From the NCBI GenBank assembly GCA_040220235.1, contig JAVJTO010000004.1: a stretch of DNA of 64,000 nucleotides. One strand, given 5' to 3'. Below, piece after piece: positions 9,804 through 19,770 of this stretch. How positions within the stretch are numbered: the first letter of the stretch is position 1; every line of letters begins with the position of its first letter. Under the pieces are notes generated by a model. That model did no database searches. It saw only the letters and a program-made list of their open reading frames with translations, and was not told the origin of the DNA. This DNA comes from Coleofasciculus sp. B1-GNL1-01 (GTDB lineage Bacteria > Cyanobacteriota > Cyanobacteriia > Cyanobacteriales > Coleofasciculaceae). Both the position numbers and the translations under genes were made by a program.

Positions 9804-10671
9804 CAGATTGGTGTGAGTTTCCTCACTCTCTGGACTATCCCTTCACCTTGGGCGTATCGCCTTTAGGTGGTAGCCGTTCTGTTTAAGGACGTTTGTACTT
9901 TATAGAGCATACTGTCGTGGATGTAAGGGCGAATGAACGCTAAAAAGCGTTTTCCTTCCTTCGTTCCCATTCGCAGACGATAAAGTCCTTTGGCTTTACT
10001 CAGCCCCCACTTAAATCCCCAAACCTCGGCAAAATAAGCAACAATGATCTCATTTTGTTCTTTAGAGAGATAAGTATTCAGCTTAAGCGTTAAAGCGTGA
10101 ACCTTTCCGTCTTTTTTGGGGAAGGACTTAGACCCATCATCCATAAACCAAATTGCTATTCCCTGGGGGGTTAAGAAATTCAGGAACGTTCGCGTGATTG
10201 TTTGGGTTCCAGCTTGATAAAGCCTCTTAACTAAGACCCGTGTCAGGGGAATCAACTTTGGTTCTAGGCGAATTTGGTCATAGCCCTTTTTTGTACTCCA
10301 GCGTCGGAGACTGACTGGTTTACCAGTTATCTGTTCGAGAAGCTTTTTCTTAAATAAGAGATACTCCTCATACTTCGATGAATTCTGGATAAAGAAATTG
10401 TTTTGATTTCTTTTTCCATCACCTAATAACAGTCCAGCCAGAATACCGCGTTGCTCTACTTTCGATGAGACATTATAGTCCATCTTTTATTGGTGTCCTT
10501 AAACCAGTCTCTGCACCTTCCGATTCGTTTTTAGAGTGGAGTTTTGCCAGATTGACTTAAACTCAAACAAATCGGCTTGGCTCAAGATTACCGTATCTGG
10601 GATCAGATTTAGGCTTCCTTGAATTTGACTACATTCACTCGTCAGGTTTCCCTGGCGGTGCCCGATTTTTC
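9804..10671 (-). mobile_element. Group I self-splicing intron (IC3-like), 868 nt, between tRNA positions 36/37
   Basis: Exon ends in U, intron ends in G; P1 CCU|GA-AAAA-UC-GGG with U.G at the splice site; P2 with GAAA loop; P AAATTCAAGGAA; Q AATCTTGAGCCAAG; R GGTGCAGAGACT; S GAAGGGATAGTCC; P3 GTAGTC/GGCTAC; P8 CACCT/AGGTG; P9 GTGAG-GAAA-CTCAC. Confidence 0.94.
9863..10483 (-). CDS. Intron-encoded two-motif LAGLIDADG homing endonuclease (I-SceI-like, LAGLIDADG_2 type)
   Basis: Motif 1 ILAGLLLGDG, motif 2 LTPQGIAIWFMDDG, C-terminal IRPYIHDSMLYK; basic 206-aa protein inside the intron. Confidence 0.92.
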   Translation of the reverse strand: MDYNVSSKVEQRGILAGLLLGDGKRNQNNFFIQNSSKYEEYLLFKKKLLEQITGKPVSLRRWSTKKGYDQIRLEPKLIPLTRVLVKRLYQAGTQTITRTFLNFLTPQGIAIWFMDDGSKSFPKKDGKVHALTLKLNTYLSKEQNEIIVAYFAEVWGFKWGLSKAKGLYRLRMGTKEGKRFLAFIRPYIHDSMLYKVQTSLNRTATT

Positions 10672-10722
10672 AGGAGGCGCTTGCTCTATCCATCTGAGCC
10701 ACAGCCCCATTTCAACTCAACT

Positions 10723-10751
10723 ATTATACCCAATCCTTTCTCTCTAGTCAT
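10723..10751 (-). promoter_or_regulatory. Probable tRNA promoter (ATGACT-N17-TATAAT)
   Basis: Perfect TATAAT on the minus strand 14 nt upstream of the tRNA 5' end. Confidence 0.6.
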
Positions 10752-10754
10752 TTG

Positions 10755-10820
10755 GTCGGGGCGGGTTTTGCAGCTAAGCTAGGGATAACAATCAATATTA
10801 GTCCCTAAACCCGCCCCTAC
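10755..10820. repeat. 66-bp REP doublet (REPIN-like)
   Basis: GGGGCGGGTTT...AAACCCGCCCC arms; near-identical inverted copy at 56036-56101. Confidence 0.85.
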
Positions 10821-10894
10821 ACACAGACATGCCATAGCACATCTCCCCCATCTCCCAGACGTGCCATGGCACGTCTCTACATGCTCCCCAGCTA

Positions 10895-12004
<1,110 letters not shown>

Positions 12005-12374
12005 TTATGGTTCATTGTTCATTGTCGTTAGCGTTATCACAAAGGCTGTGAGGTGAGGTGCGGAGGGTGCGGAGGGTCTGCCAGTAAACAAAGGACGAAT
12101 GACGAACGACGAACGACGATCAAAACTTTACCAAAACTTTATAGAGAATTAGTATCATTCATAAATATTAAGCCATAATGATCTAAAGCACTGGAAGAAG
12201 AATAATTATGTCACGTTTTGTTATCAATTTTTAAGATGAGTTAAATGTGCGTGCGGATCGGGGTAGCTGAGCTAAGGTGGCGAATCAAACACCGACTACG
12301 AATGGATGGAGCGATCGCGGCGACAAGGTCTTAGACTTAGCCCCAGCCAACTGCTTAGATAAGGTTATATAAAG

Positions 12375-14216
12375 ATGGTTCAAAACCCTGCGAGTTCTAC
12401 AGTTTCCCTAGCTGAATTTTCGACACTGACAGAACTGCTGCGTTGGAGGGCGCGACAGCAGTCGGACAAGTTAGCGTATAAATTTCTCGTTGATGGCAAG
12501 CCAGATGGACCGGAACTCACTTATGCAAAACTTGACCGTTTAGCCCGGGCGATTGGCGCTTGGCTACAACAGCACAGTGCTAGAGGAGAGCGAGCGTTAC
12601 TCCTGTATCCCCAAGGATTAGAGGTGATTGCCGCCTTTTGTGGCTGTTTGTATGGGGGAATTATCGCGATTCCGGTGCCGCCTCCCGATGGGGGACGGAT
12701 GAAGCGCACGTTACCCAGACTGCGATCGATTGTTCAGGATGCTCAAGCCTCGATTTGTTTAACTACAGGTCGAATTCTGTCTCTACTGGAGAATGGACGG
12801 GAGGACTTTCCGGAATTCGATCAAATGCAATGGCTGGATACTGAACAGGTGGATCTCAATCTGGCTCAAGCATGGCAAGATCCACAAGCAAGTCGGGATG
12901 ATCTGGCGTATCTTCAGTACACATCAGGGTCAACCTCCACACCCAAGGGCGTGATGCTATCTCACCATAACCTGATGTTTCATTCCGGCTATCTGAATGA
13001 AGCCTGCGGTTACGATTCAGATAGCGCCACCGTGACTTGGATGCCTTATTTCCATGATTACGGGTTAGTCCAAGGCATGATCCAACCCCTCTATAACGGT
13101 ACGCCCTGTTATGTGATGTCGCCCTTCTCCTTTATTAAGCAACCGATGCGCTGGTTAGGAGCAATTACCCATTATCGGGCAACCCATAGCCAAGCACCGA
13201 ACTTTGCTTACGATTTGTGCGTGCGGCGGGCAAAACCAAAACAACTGGCAAAACTGGATTTGAGCAGTTGGCAAGCGGCGGGAAACGCGGCGGAACCAAT
13301 TAACCCGAAAGTAATGCAGGCGTTCTTTGAAACCTTTGAACAGTGTGGGTTTCGCTGGAATGCCTTTGCTCCGGCGTATGGATTAGCGGAAGATACGTTG
13401 CTGGTATCCAGTAAGCCATTACTGACTCCGCCCGTTCTCTGTATCCTGGATGCGTCTGCTTTAGAAAAAAATCGGATTGTTCCCCTATCTAGCCCCCAAG
13501 AGGGAGTAAGGATGTTACCCAGTTGCGGTCGTCTGGTTTGTGATACTCAAGTGGTTATCGCTAATCCTGATACATTGACCCAATGTGAGCCTGATGAAGT
13601 AGGAGAAATTTGGGTGAAAGACCCCAGTGTCGCTCAAGGGTATTGGCAACGACAAGAGGCGACAAAGGAAACCTTTCAGGCTTATCTGACAGATACTGGC
13701 GATGGTCCATTCTTGCGAACCGGGGATTTAGGATTTTTACGGGATGGTGAACTGTTTATTACGGGTCGGATTAAAGACCTAATTATTATCCGAGGTACGA
13801 ATCATTATCCGCAAGATATTGAATGGACAGTGCAGCAGGTTCACTCCGCCTTGCGTCCTGATTATGGGGCGGCATTTTCCATCGAGGCTGGCGGCGAGGA
13901 ACGGTTGATTGTGTTGCAGGAGGTTGAACGCCGGACTCACGATGTCAGCTTTGAGGAAGTGATTACGGATATTCGCCAAGCGATCGCTGAGGAACATGAA
14001 ATCCCAGCGTATGCGGTTGTCTTAGTTAAATCTGGCACGATTGAGAAAACCTCAAGTGGCAAGATTCAGCGCCGTGCGGCGAGAACCAAGTTCCTGGATG
14101 GAGAACTGGGTGTGATTGCCGATTGGAGTGAAAATCCGAAACTGACGAGTAAGTTCCGTACTCTCCAGGGAGAAGTGGATGCTTTGGCGCAGCAATTACA
14201 AGTTCCTAAGTCTTAG
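12375..14216 (+). CDS. Fatty acyl-AMP ligase (FAAL)
   Basis: YLQYTSGSTSTPKGVM, PYFHDYGL, YGLAE, FAAL-type insertion, LRTGDLGF, GRIKDLIIIRG.NHYPQDIE, KTSSGKIQR. Confidence 0.92.
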   Translation: MVQNPASSTVSLAEFSTLTELLRWRARQQSDKLAYKFLVDGKPDGPELTYAKLDRLARAIGAWLQQHSARGERALLLYPQGLEVIAAFCGCLYGGIIAIPVPPPDGGRMKRTLPRLRSIVQDAQASICLTTGRILSLLENGREDFPEFDQMQWLDTEQVDLNLAQAWQDPQASRDDLAYLQYTSGSTSTPKGVMLSHHNLMFHSGYLNEACGYDSDSATVTWMPYFHDYGLVQGMIQPLYNGTPCYVMSPFSFIKQPMRWLGAITHYRATHSQAPNFAYDLCVRRAKPKQLAKLDLSSWQAAGNAAEPINPKVMQAFFETFEQCGFRWNAFAPAYGLAEDTLLVSSKPLLTPPVLCILDASALEKNRIVPLSSPQEGVRMLPSCGRLVCDTQVVIANPDTLTQCEPDEVGEIWVKDPSVAQGYWQRQEATKETFQAYLTDTGDGPFLRTGDLGFLRDGELFITGRIKDLIIIRGTNHYPQDIEWTVQQVHSALRPDYGAAFSIEAGGEERLIVLQEVERRTHDVSFEEVITDIRQAIAEEHEIPAYAVVLVKSGTIEKTSSGKIQRRAARTKFLDGELGVIADWSENPKLTSKFRTLQGEVDALAQQLQVPKS

Positions 14217-14220
14217 GGTT

Positions 14221-14270
14221 TGTCATTCGTCATTCGTCATTTGTCATTTGTCATTTGTCATTTGTCATTC
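14221..14270. repeat. STRR heptamer run (TCATT[T/C]G)n
   Basis: Tandem tgtcatt/cgtcatt units; related runs near 7065-7110, 12095-12118, 25612-25662. Confidence 0.8.
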
Positions 14271-14281
14271 GGTACAGGTTT

Positions 14282-16090
14282 ATGCATCAACTGAAACAGT
14301 ATCAAATAGCGGAAGCGCTAGAACGGGATTTGGGCGATCCGGGTCATCCAGAGAGTACGATGTCCTTTAAACGGGTGATGGAACTGGATGAGAGCGAAGA
14401 GTTTCCAGAAGCGGAAGTGGATTGGCTTTATAACTGGAAACTGCAAGATTACTATGTTCCTGAAAACTGTGGTGGGAAGTTTTCCTCCTTTGAGGAATTC
14501 GTCGCCTTTGTCCGGGTGATGTCACGGCGGGATCAGACGATCGCGATCGCATTCACCACGATGTTCTGGTCATTCCTTACCTGGATGGCGGGGACAGATG
14601 ACCAGAAAAAGAAACTCTCCCAGTTTATCCGCGAGGAAAAAGGGACAATGTGTCTGGCTTATTCCGAACGGGCGCATGGGAGTGACTTGATTGGCGGTGA
14701 TGTAACAGCTAAAAAAGTTGAGGGCGGCTATCTCCTGAATGGTGAAAAGTGGCCCATTAACCGCGCCACTCGTTCCGGGGTAACCTTTGTTTTAGCCAAA
14801 ACCGATGAAGAGGAGGGCGCTCGCTGTCTCTCCTTATTTATGGTGGACAAACGTCAACTTGACCCCTCCAGCTACTACAACCTGCCCAAAATCCTCACCC
14901 ATGGGATTCGTGCTTCGGATATGAGCGGAATCGGGTTTAAGGATTGCTTTATTCCCGAAGCAATGCGGTTAAAGGAGGAAGGTGCGGGGTTAGAACTCGC
15001 ACTCAAGGGATTCCAAATCACCCGCATGTTGTGCGCCGCTTTTTCTCATGGTGCGGCTGATACGGCAATGAGAACCACGCTGAACTTTGCCGTTAACCGG
15101 GTTATTTATAACAAAACCGTTTTCGATATCCCCCAACCTCGACAAACCCTAGTCGATGCCTTTATTGACATGTTGGTTTGTGACTGTGAAACCATTGGTG
15201 CCGCTAGAGGGTTTCATATTATCCCCGAACAATTCTCGGTTTGGGCGGCGGTGGTGAAATACTTTGTCACCATCAAACTAGAGGAGGTGATTAATAGTGT
15301 TTACGTTGTCCTCGGTTCCCGCTTCTATATGCGCGATGAGCATGACTACGGCATATTCCAGAAACTGCTGCGGGATAATTCAATTATCAGTATGTTTGAT
15401 GGCAGTAGTGTGGTAAACCTCCATGCTCTAATTCTCCAGTTTCGCCAAATTGCTAAATATCGCTCCAGACGCAAGCAGAAGACGATGGAGGGAATTCAAT
15501 CTCGTCTGGATACCATTTTTTCCCTAGAAAAATCTGTGCCGCCCTTTGAGCCAGAGAAACTGGGATTATTTGGTCGCGGGGCTGATGATGTGCTGCAAGG
15601 GCTAGAAATTGCCTGGGAACAGCTTCAGGCGCTGACGACGGAAGCGGATGTTGACGCCGACGTATTGGAAAAAATTATCAGCTTAACTACCATTGTTCTA
15701 GAGGAACTCGATGCCTTCGACGAACGCATTGCCAACTCCGGATTTGAACATGGTCATGATCAAGATCCCGAACTCTTTGAACTGGCGAAAAAATACTGCG
15801 ACTTACACGCCGCCGCCGCGTCAGTTCACACTTGGATTTACAACCGGACAATCTTGGATGACTTCTTTGCTAAAGGGGAATGGTTAGTCCTAGGACTTTA
15901 TCGCCGCTTACGCCCTTGGCGATCGCTGCCCAATATTGTCCCGAAAGCGTACAGTGAAAATGTGGCACAACACCTGCTGAAGCTGCATCAGGAAAACAAA
16001 ATGTTTTCCATTGTACCGATTCAACTCGCCCAAACTGAAACACAAGAGGAAAAACCCCATGCAAGTGCAGAACTCCAACTCCAAGCCTAA
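14282..16090 (+). CDS. Acyl-CoA/acyl-ACP dehydrogenase family protein
   Basis: CLAYSE..HGSDL, LNGEKWPINRA, GIRASD, FDGSSVVNL; start set at the ATG after the STRR run. Confidence 0.88.
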   Translation: MHQLKQYQIAEALERDLGDPGHPESTMSFKRVMELDESEEFPEAEVDWLYNWKLQDYYVPENCGGKFSSFEEFVAFVRVMSRRDQTIAIAFTTMFWSFLTWMAGTDDQKKKLSQFIREEKGTMCLAYSERAHGSDLIGGDVTAKKVEGGYLLNGEKWPINRATRSGVTFVLAKTDEEEGARCLSLFMVDKRQLDPSSYYNLPKILTHGIRASDMSGIGFKDCFIPEAMRLKEEGAGLELALKGFQITRMLCAAFSHGAADTAMRTTLNFAVNRVIYNKTVFDIPQPRQTLVDAFIDMLVCDCETIGAARGFHIIPEQFSVWAAVVKYFVTIKLEEVINSVYVVLGSRFYMRDEHDYGIFQKLLRDNSIISMFDGSSVVNLHALILQFRQIAKYRSRRKQKTMEGIQSRLDTIFSLEKSVPPFEPEKLGLFGRGADDVLQGLEIAWEQLQALTTEADVDADVLEKIISLTTIVLEELDAFDERIANSGFEHGHDQDPELFELAKKYCDLHAAAASVHTWIYNRTILDDFFAKGEWLVLGLYRRLRPWRSLPNIVPKAYSENVAQHLLKLHQENKMFSIVPIQLAQTETQEEKPHASAELQLQA

Positions 16091-16496
16091 TGACGTTATG
16101 GTTCAAAGTGACGTAGAAACGAACAATCAGTCTGTTGATTCGGTTCAAGCGATTCAAAATTGGATGGTGAATCAACTGGTTGAACAACTGTCCCTAGATG
16201 CCAAAAACATTGATGTTACCGAACCCTTAACCCGCTATGGGTTGGATTCCATTGATGCGGTAACCATTGTCGGTGAACTCGAAGATTGGTTAGAGGTAGA
16301 ATTACCTTCAACATTATTCTGGGATTACCCGACGATTGAGAAATCGGCTCAATATTTAGTTGAAGAATTCGATGTTTCAGCCGCATTAGACAACGCCGAA
16401 CCCACCGCCGCCTCTGAGACGAAAGAAGCGAAGCCCGAAGCATCGGCAAAATCTGGCAAAGGCTGGGGTGGATTTTGGAAAGGATTGGGAGGGTAG
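16059..16496 (+). CDS. Acyl carrier protein with N- and C-terminal extensions
   Basis: YGLDSIDAV phosphopantetheine Ser motif, LFWDYPTIE; GAGGA RBS before ATG 16059; overlaps ACAD end. Confidence 0.9.
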   Translation: MQVQNSNSKPNDVMVQSDVETNNQSVDSVQAIQNWMVNQLVEQLSLDAKNIDVTEPLTRYGLDSIDAVTIVGELEDWLEVELPSTLFWDYPTIEKSAQYLVEEFDVSAALDNAEPTAASETKEAKPEASAKSGKGWGGFWKGLGG

Positions 16497-16587
16497 AGAC
16501 GTGCCATGGCACGTCTGGGAGATGGGGAAGCAGGGGAAGCAGGGGGAGCAGGGGGAGCAGGGGGAGATGGGAGACAAAATTTCTATA

Positions 16588-16627
16588 GCCTATTCCCTAT
16601 TCCCTATTCCCTATTCCCTATTCCCTG
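16588..16627. repeat. STRR heptamer run (CCCTATT)n
   Basis: Tandem ccctatt units. Confidence 0.8.
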
Positions 16628-16716
16628 TTCCCTAACAAATGACATAAACGTAGCTTGCTTGGCGCTCCCTTGAGTATGACGAATGACAAAGGACAAAAAA
16701 AGGAGGAAGCCGTTAA

Positions 16717-18186
16717 TTGAATTTTTCTGACTTTTCCTTCTGGTGGATACTACTGCTTTACGCCATTCCTTTCTTTGCCATTCGCTATGTGGGCAAATCC
16801 CTGAAGTTATGGCGAGACAACTTTGACACCATCGGCTTGGCGGTGATGTCATTGATGTTATTTTTGAACGCCAGTCGCTCCAGTTTTGCCATTTTTATCG
16901 TTGAAATTATTTTCAACTACTTCATGGTACGGCTGATGCTTCGGCGTCGTGGCAATGGTGCCAAGTTAATTGCTGCGATTGTCATTATCACTGATATTGC
17001 AATCCTCGCTTACCTCAAATACTTGACATTTTTTGTCGAAGATGTATTTGGCATCGTCGTACCGGGATTCAGGAATAACTGGGAACAAGGCTTTCCCTTG
17101 CCCATTTTTCAACAGATTCCCCCTGGTGTTTCCTTCTACACCTTCCAGATGGTGGCGTTTGTGGTTGATTCCCTCAGACCCAAATATAAAAAACCCATCG
17201 CCTTTCTGGATTACATTAACTTTATTGCCTTCTTTCCGCAAATTGTCGCAGGACCAATCGAACGGCGGGCTGACTTATTACCCCAAATTCAATCGTTTCG
17301 CTTTAAATTCACAGCAGAAAACTTTGAACATGGGTTCCGGTGGCTATCTTTGGGCTTCTTTATGAAGTTGGTGCTAGCCGACAATATCGCCCCCTACATT
17401 AACTTACAAGAAACCGCCAATCCCTGGATGGTTTGGTTTTTTGCTTACTTATTTACTCTGAGAATCTACTTTGATTTTGCCGGGTACAGTTTTATGGCGC
17501 TGGGTGTGGCGAGAATATTGGGAGTAAAACTAACCGTGAACTTCCTGGCACCCTATACCTCCGTCAGTATCCAGGAATTTTGGCGGCGATGGCACATTAC
17601 CCTAAATAACTGGTTTCGCGACTATGTGTTTCTGCCGTTGATGGGTTCTAAAAAACAATTAGCCGCTTTCTTTTTATTCATCACCTTTACCCTATCCGGA
17701 TTCTGGCATGGTGCGGCGTGGAATTTTATTATTTGGGGGGCGTATCACGGCTCGTTACTGTTGCTATTGCGCTACACAGGTAGACCCTTTCAACGCTTGA
17801 TGGGGAAAGGAAAACAAGTCTCCCGATTTCAGTTTATCTCCTGGGCGCTAACCTTTGGTTCAGTGACGCTGGGGTGTCTGTTCTTTATGGACACAAATAC
17901 TCTGCGATTGCTGTCAAAGTTACAAACGCTGGTTACGCCGTGGGCTTATTCTTTGTCCAATTTAGGTAATTTCTTCAGTTCCTACAGCTTGAATGAAGGT
18001 ACGGCATTAATTGTGACCCTTTTGCTTGCCAATGGCGTTTTATTTATGGAACATTTAGCCGTTTGGCAAAAGCGTAAGTTTGAATATGAATTGTTACTAT
18101 TGCCTTGGGTGTCGCGAGTTTTATTAGGATTAACCATCCTATTCGCGGCGAATCAGCCCTCTGAGTTTATCTACTTTGAATTCTGA
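16717..18186 (+). CDS. MBOAT family O-acyltransferase (AlgI/DltB-like)
   Basis: PPGVSFYTFQ, FFPQIVAGPIER, YFDFAGYS, NF.APY, FWRRWHITL..WFRDY, SGFWHGA (catalytic His), terminal FIYFEF. Confidence 0.92.
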   Translation: MNFSDFSFWWILLLYAIPFFAIRYVGKSLKLWRDNFDTIGLAVMSLMLFLNASRSSFAIFIVEIIFNYFMVRLMLRRRGNGAKLIAAIVIITDIAILAYLKYLTFFVEDVFGIVVPGFRNNWEQGFPLPIFQQIPPGVSFYTFQMVAFVVDSLRPKYKKPIAFLDYINFIAFFPQIVAGPIERRADLLPQIQSFRFKFTAENFEHGFRWLSLGFFMKLVLADNIAPYINLQETANPWMVWFFAYLFTLRIYFDFAGYSFMALGVARILGVKLTVNFLAPYTSVSIQEFWRRWHITLNNWFRDYVFLPLMGSKKQLAAFFLFITFTLSGFWHGAAWNFIIWGAYHGSLLLLLRYTGRPFQRLMGKGKQVSRFQFISWALTFGSVTLGCLFFMDTNTLRLLSKLQTLVTPWAYSLSNLGNFFSSYSLNEGTALIVTLLLANGVLFMEHLAVWQKRKFEYELLLLPWVSRVLLGLTILFAANQPSEFIYFEF

Positions 18187-18237
18187 TGGAATCAAAAGCT
18201 ATCTGGCTGGCTTGAGGTTGAATGAGTACTATGAACA

Positions 18238-19503
18238 ATGAACAATGAACCATCTATTCACATTTGCATTTTAGGGGGTGGTTTTGGTGGACTTTATACC
18301 GCCTTATACCTGCAACGGTTTCGCTTGTTTAAATCACCGAAGTATAAAATTACCTTAATTGATCGCAAAGATCATCTGGTGTTTACGCCCTTGCTCTATG
18401 AACGGGTGACCCAGGAACTACAAGCCTGGGAAATTGCCCCCCGTTATCGAAATTTAATTAAAAACACAACGGTTGATTTTTGTCAAGGAAATATTCAGGC
18501 GGTCGATCTAGAAAAACGCCAAGTTAAGCTGCAACTAGAAACTCTATCAGAATTAGGGCAAAATCTCAAAATCCTAAATTATGACTATTTAGTATTAGCC
18601 GTTGGTGCCGAGATGCGCTTAGAGGGCGTACCGGGTGCGGCGACTTACGCTTATCCCTTTCGCACCGTTACTGATGCAGAACGCCTCAACCAACAGCTTA
18701 ACCAGTTGGAACAGTCGAATTTGTCCCAAATTCGCATCGCGGTGATCGGTGCAGGACCGAGTGGTGTAGAGTTAGCTTGTAAACTGAGCGATCGCTTGCA
18801 AGAACGGGGACAAGTACGACTAATTGAACGGGGTCAACAATTGCTGAAAAGCTTTACCCCCTACAGCCAGAAATCAGCCTATCGCGCCTTAACCGCCCGT
18901 CGGGTACAAATGGATTTTGTCACTAGCGTAGAGGCGATTGAACCGGATCACATTACCCTGATTAATCAGAACGGAAAAACCCTTATGCCTGTTGATTTGG
19001 TGTTATGGACAGTGGGGACTCGTTCCATTGAATGGGTAAGCCATCTCCCTTGTCAGCAGAATCCTCAAGGTAAGATACTCACCCACCCTACTTTACAGGT
19101 TGTGGATTATCCAGAAGTCTTCGCCCTAGGGGATATGGCAGAAATTCAAGATTCCGAAGGCAGACTCCCCAAAACCGCACAAGTAGCTTACCAGCAAGCC
19201 GATTGTGCGGCAAAAAACCTGTATCGGGCAATTAGGGGTAAACGCTTAAAGCCGTTCCGCTATTTACATCTCGGAGAAATGTTGACCTTGGGAAAAGGGG
19301 AGGCGGTGGTGTCCAGTTTTGCCCTAAAGATAAGCGGTCGTTTGGCTGGTATGATTAGACAATTCGTTTATCTCCAGCGATTGCCCACCCTACGCCATCG
19401 CTGGCGGGTGTTGCAGCATTGGGTCGGTCAATGGTTGGTTAATTTAAGGCGACAATTAGCACAGCTCTTTTGGAAACGGCGACGAAAAACGGTTCAGCGT
19501 TGA
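18238..19503 (+). CDS. NAD(P)/FAD-dependent oxidoreductase, type II NADH dehydrogenase family
   Basis: ILGGGFGG, FTPLLYE, YDYLVLAVG, IGAGPSGVELA, FALGD, AQVAYQQA. Confidence 0.88.
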   Translation: MNNEPSIHICILGGGFGGLYTALYLQRFRLFKSPKYKITLIDRKDHLVFTPLLYERVTQELQAWEIAPRYRNLIKNTTVDFCQGNIQAVDLEKRQVKLQLETLSELGQNLKILNYDYLVLAVGAEMRLEGVPGAATYAYPFRTVTDAERLNQQLNQLEQSNLSQIRIAVIGAGPSGVELACKLSDRLQERGQVRLIERGQQLLKSFTPYSQKSAYRALTARRVQMDFVTSVEAIEPDHITLINQNGKTLMPVDLVLWTVGTRSIEWVSHLPCQQNPQGKILTHPTLQVVDYPEVFALGDMAEIQDSEGRLPKTAQVAYQQADCAAKNLYRAIRGKRLKPFRYLHLGEMLTLGKGEAVVSSFALKISGRLAGMIRQFVYLQRLPTLRHRWRVLQHWVGQWLVNLRRQLAQLFWKRRRKTVQR

Positions 19504-19770
19504 TTGTCCTTTGTCATACTCAATATTCGTGCCAAAATTGACCGGGTGATGAAATCAAGAACGCTGAATTCCCTCGACTAGATTCGTCGCCTCTTGCGAT
19601 TAGATCAGTCATGGAGTTTTATTTTGTAGATGAACGGACTGTCCCACCCGGAGAAACTCAGGATGTAGAGAAGCAGATTCAGTGGCAGCAATCTTGTTCC
19701 CCAGATGCTAAAGGCAATGAGTGAGAAGGGATAGGAATAAAAGAGAATCAATCGTGAAGTGTTAAGGGTA

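Larger units (their letters stand above)
9767..10708 (-). tRNA. trnR: tRNA-Arg(CCU), intron-containing; exon 1 = 10672-10708, exon 2 = 9767-9803
   Basis: Spliced sequence GGGGCTGTGGCTCAGATGGATAGAGCAAGCGCCTCCT^AAGCGCTAGGTCGCCGGTTCGAATCCGGCCAGTCCCG folds into a cloverleaf: acceptor GGGGCTG/CAGTCCC, D-stem GCTC/GAGC, anticodon stem AGCGC/GCGCT with loop CTCCTAA, T-loop TTCGAAT; CCA not encoded. Confidence 0.95.

Noticed and set aside
9863..10483. LAGLIDADG ORF as an intein fragment or free-standing gene
   Set aside because: No intein splicing motifs or host protein; it is enclosed by group I intron core elements and tRNA exons
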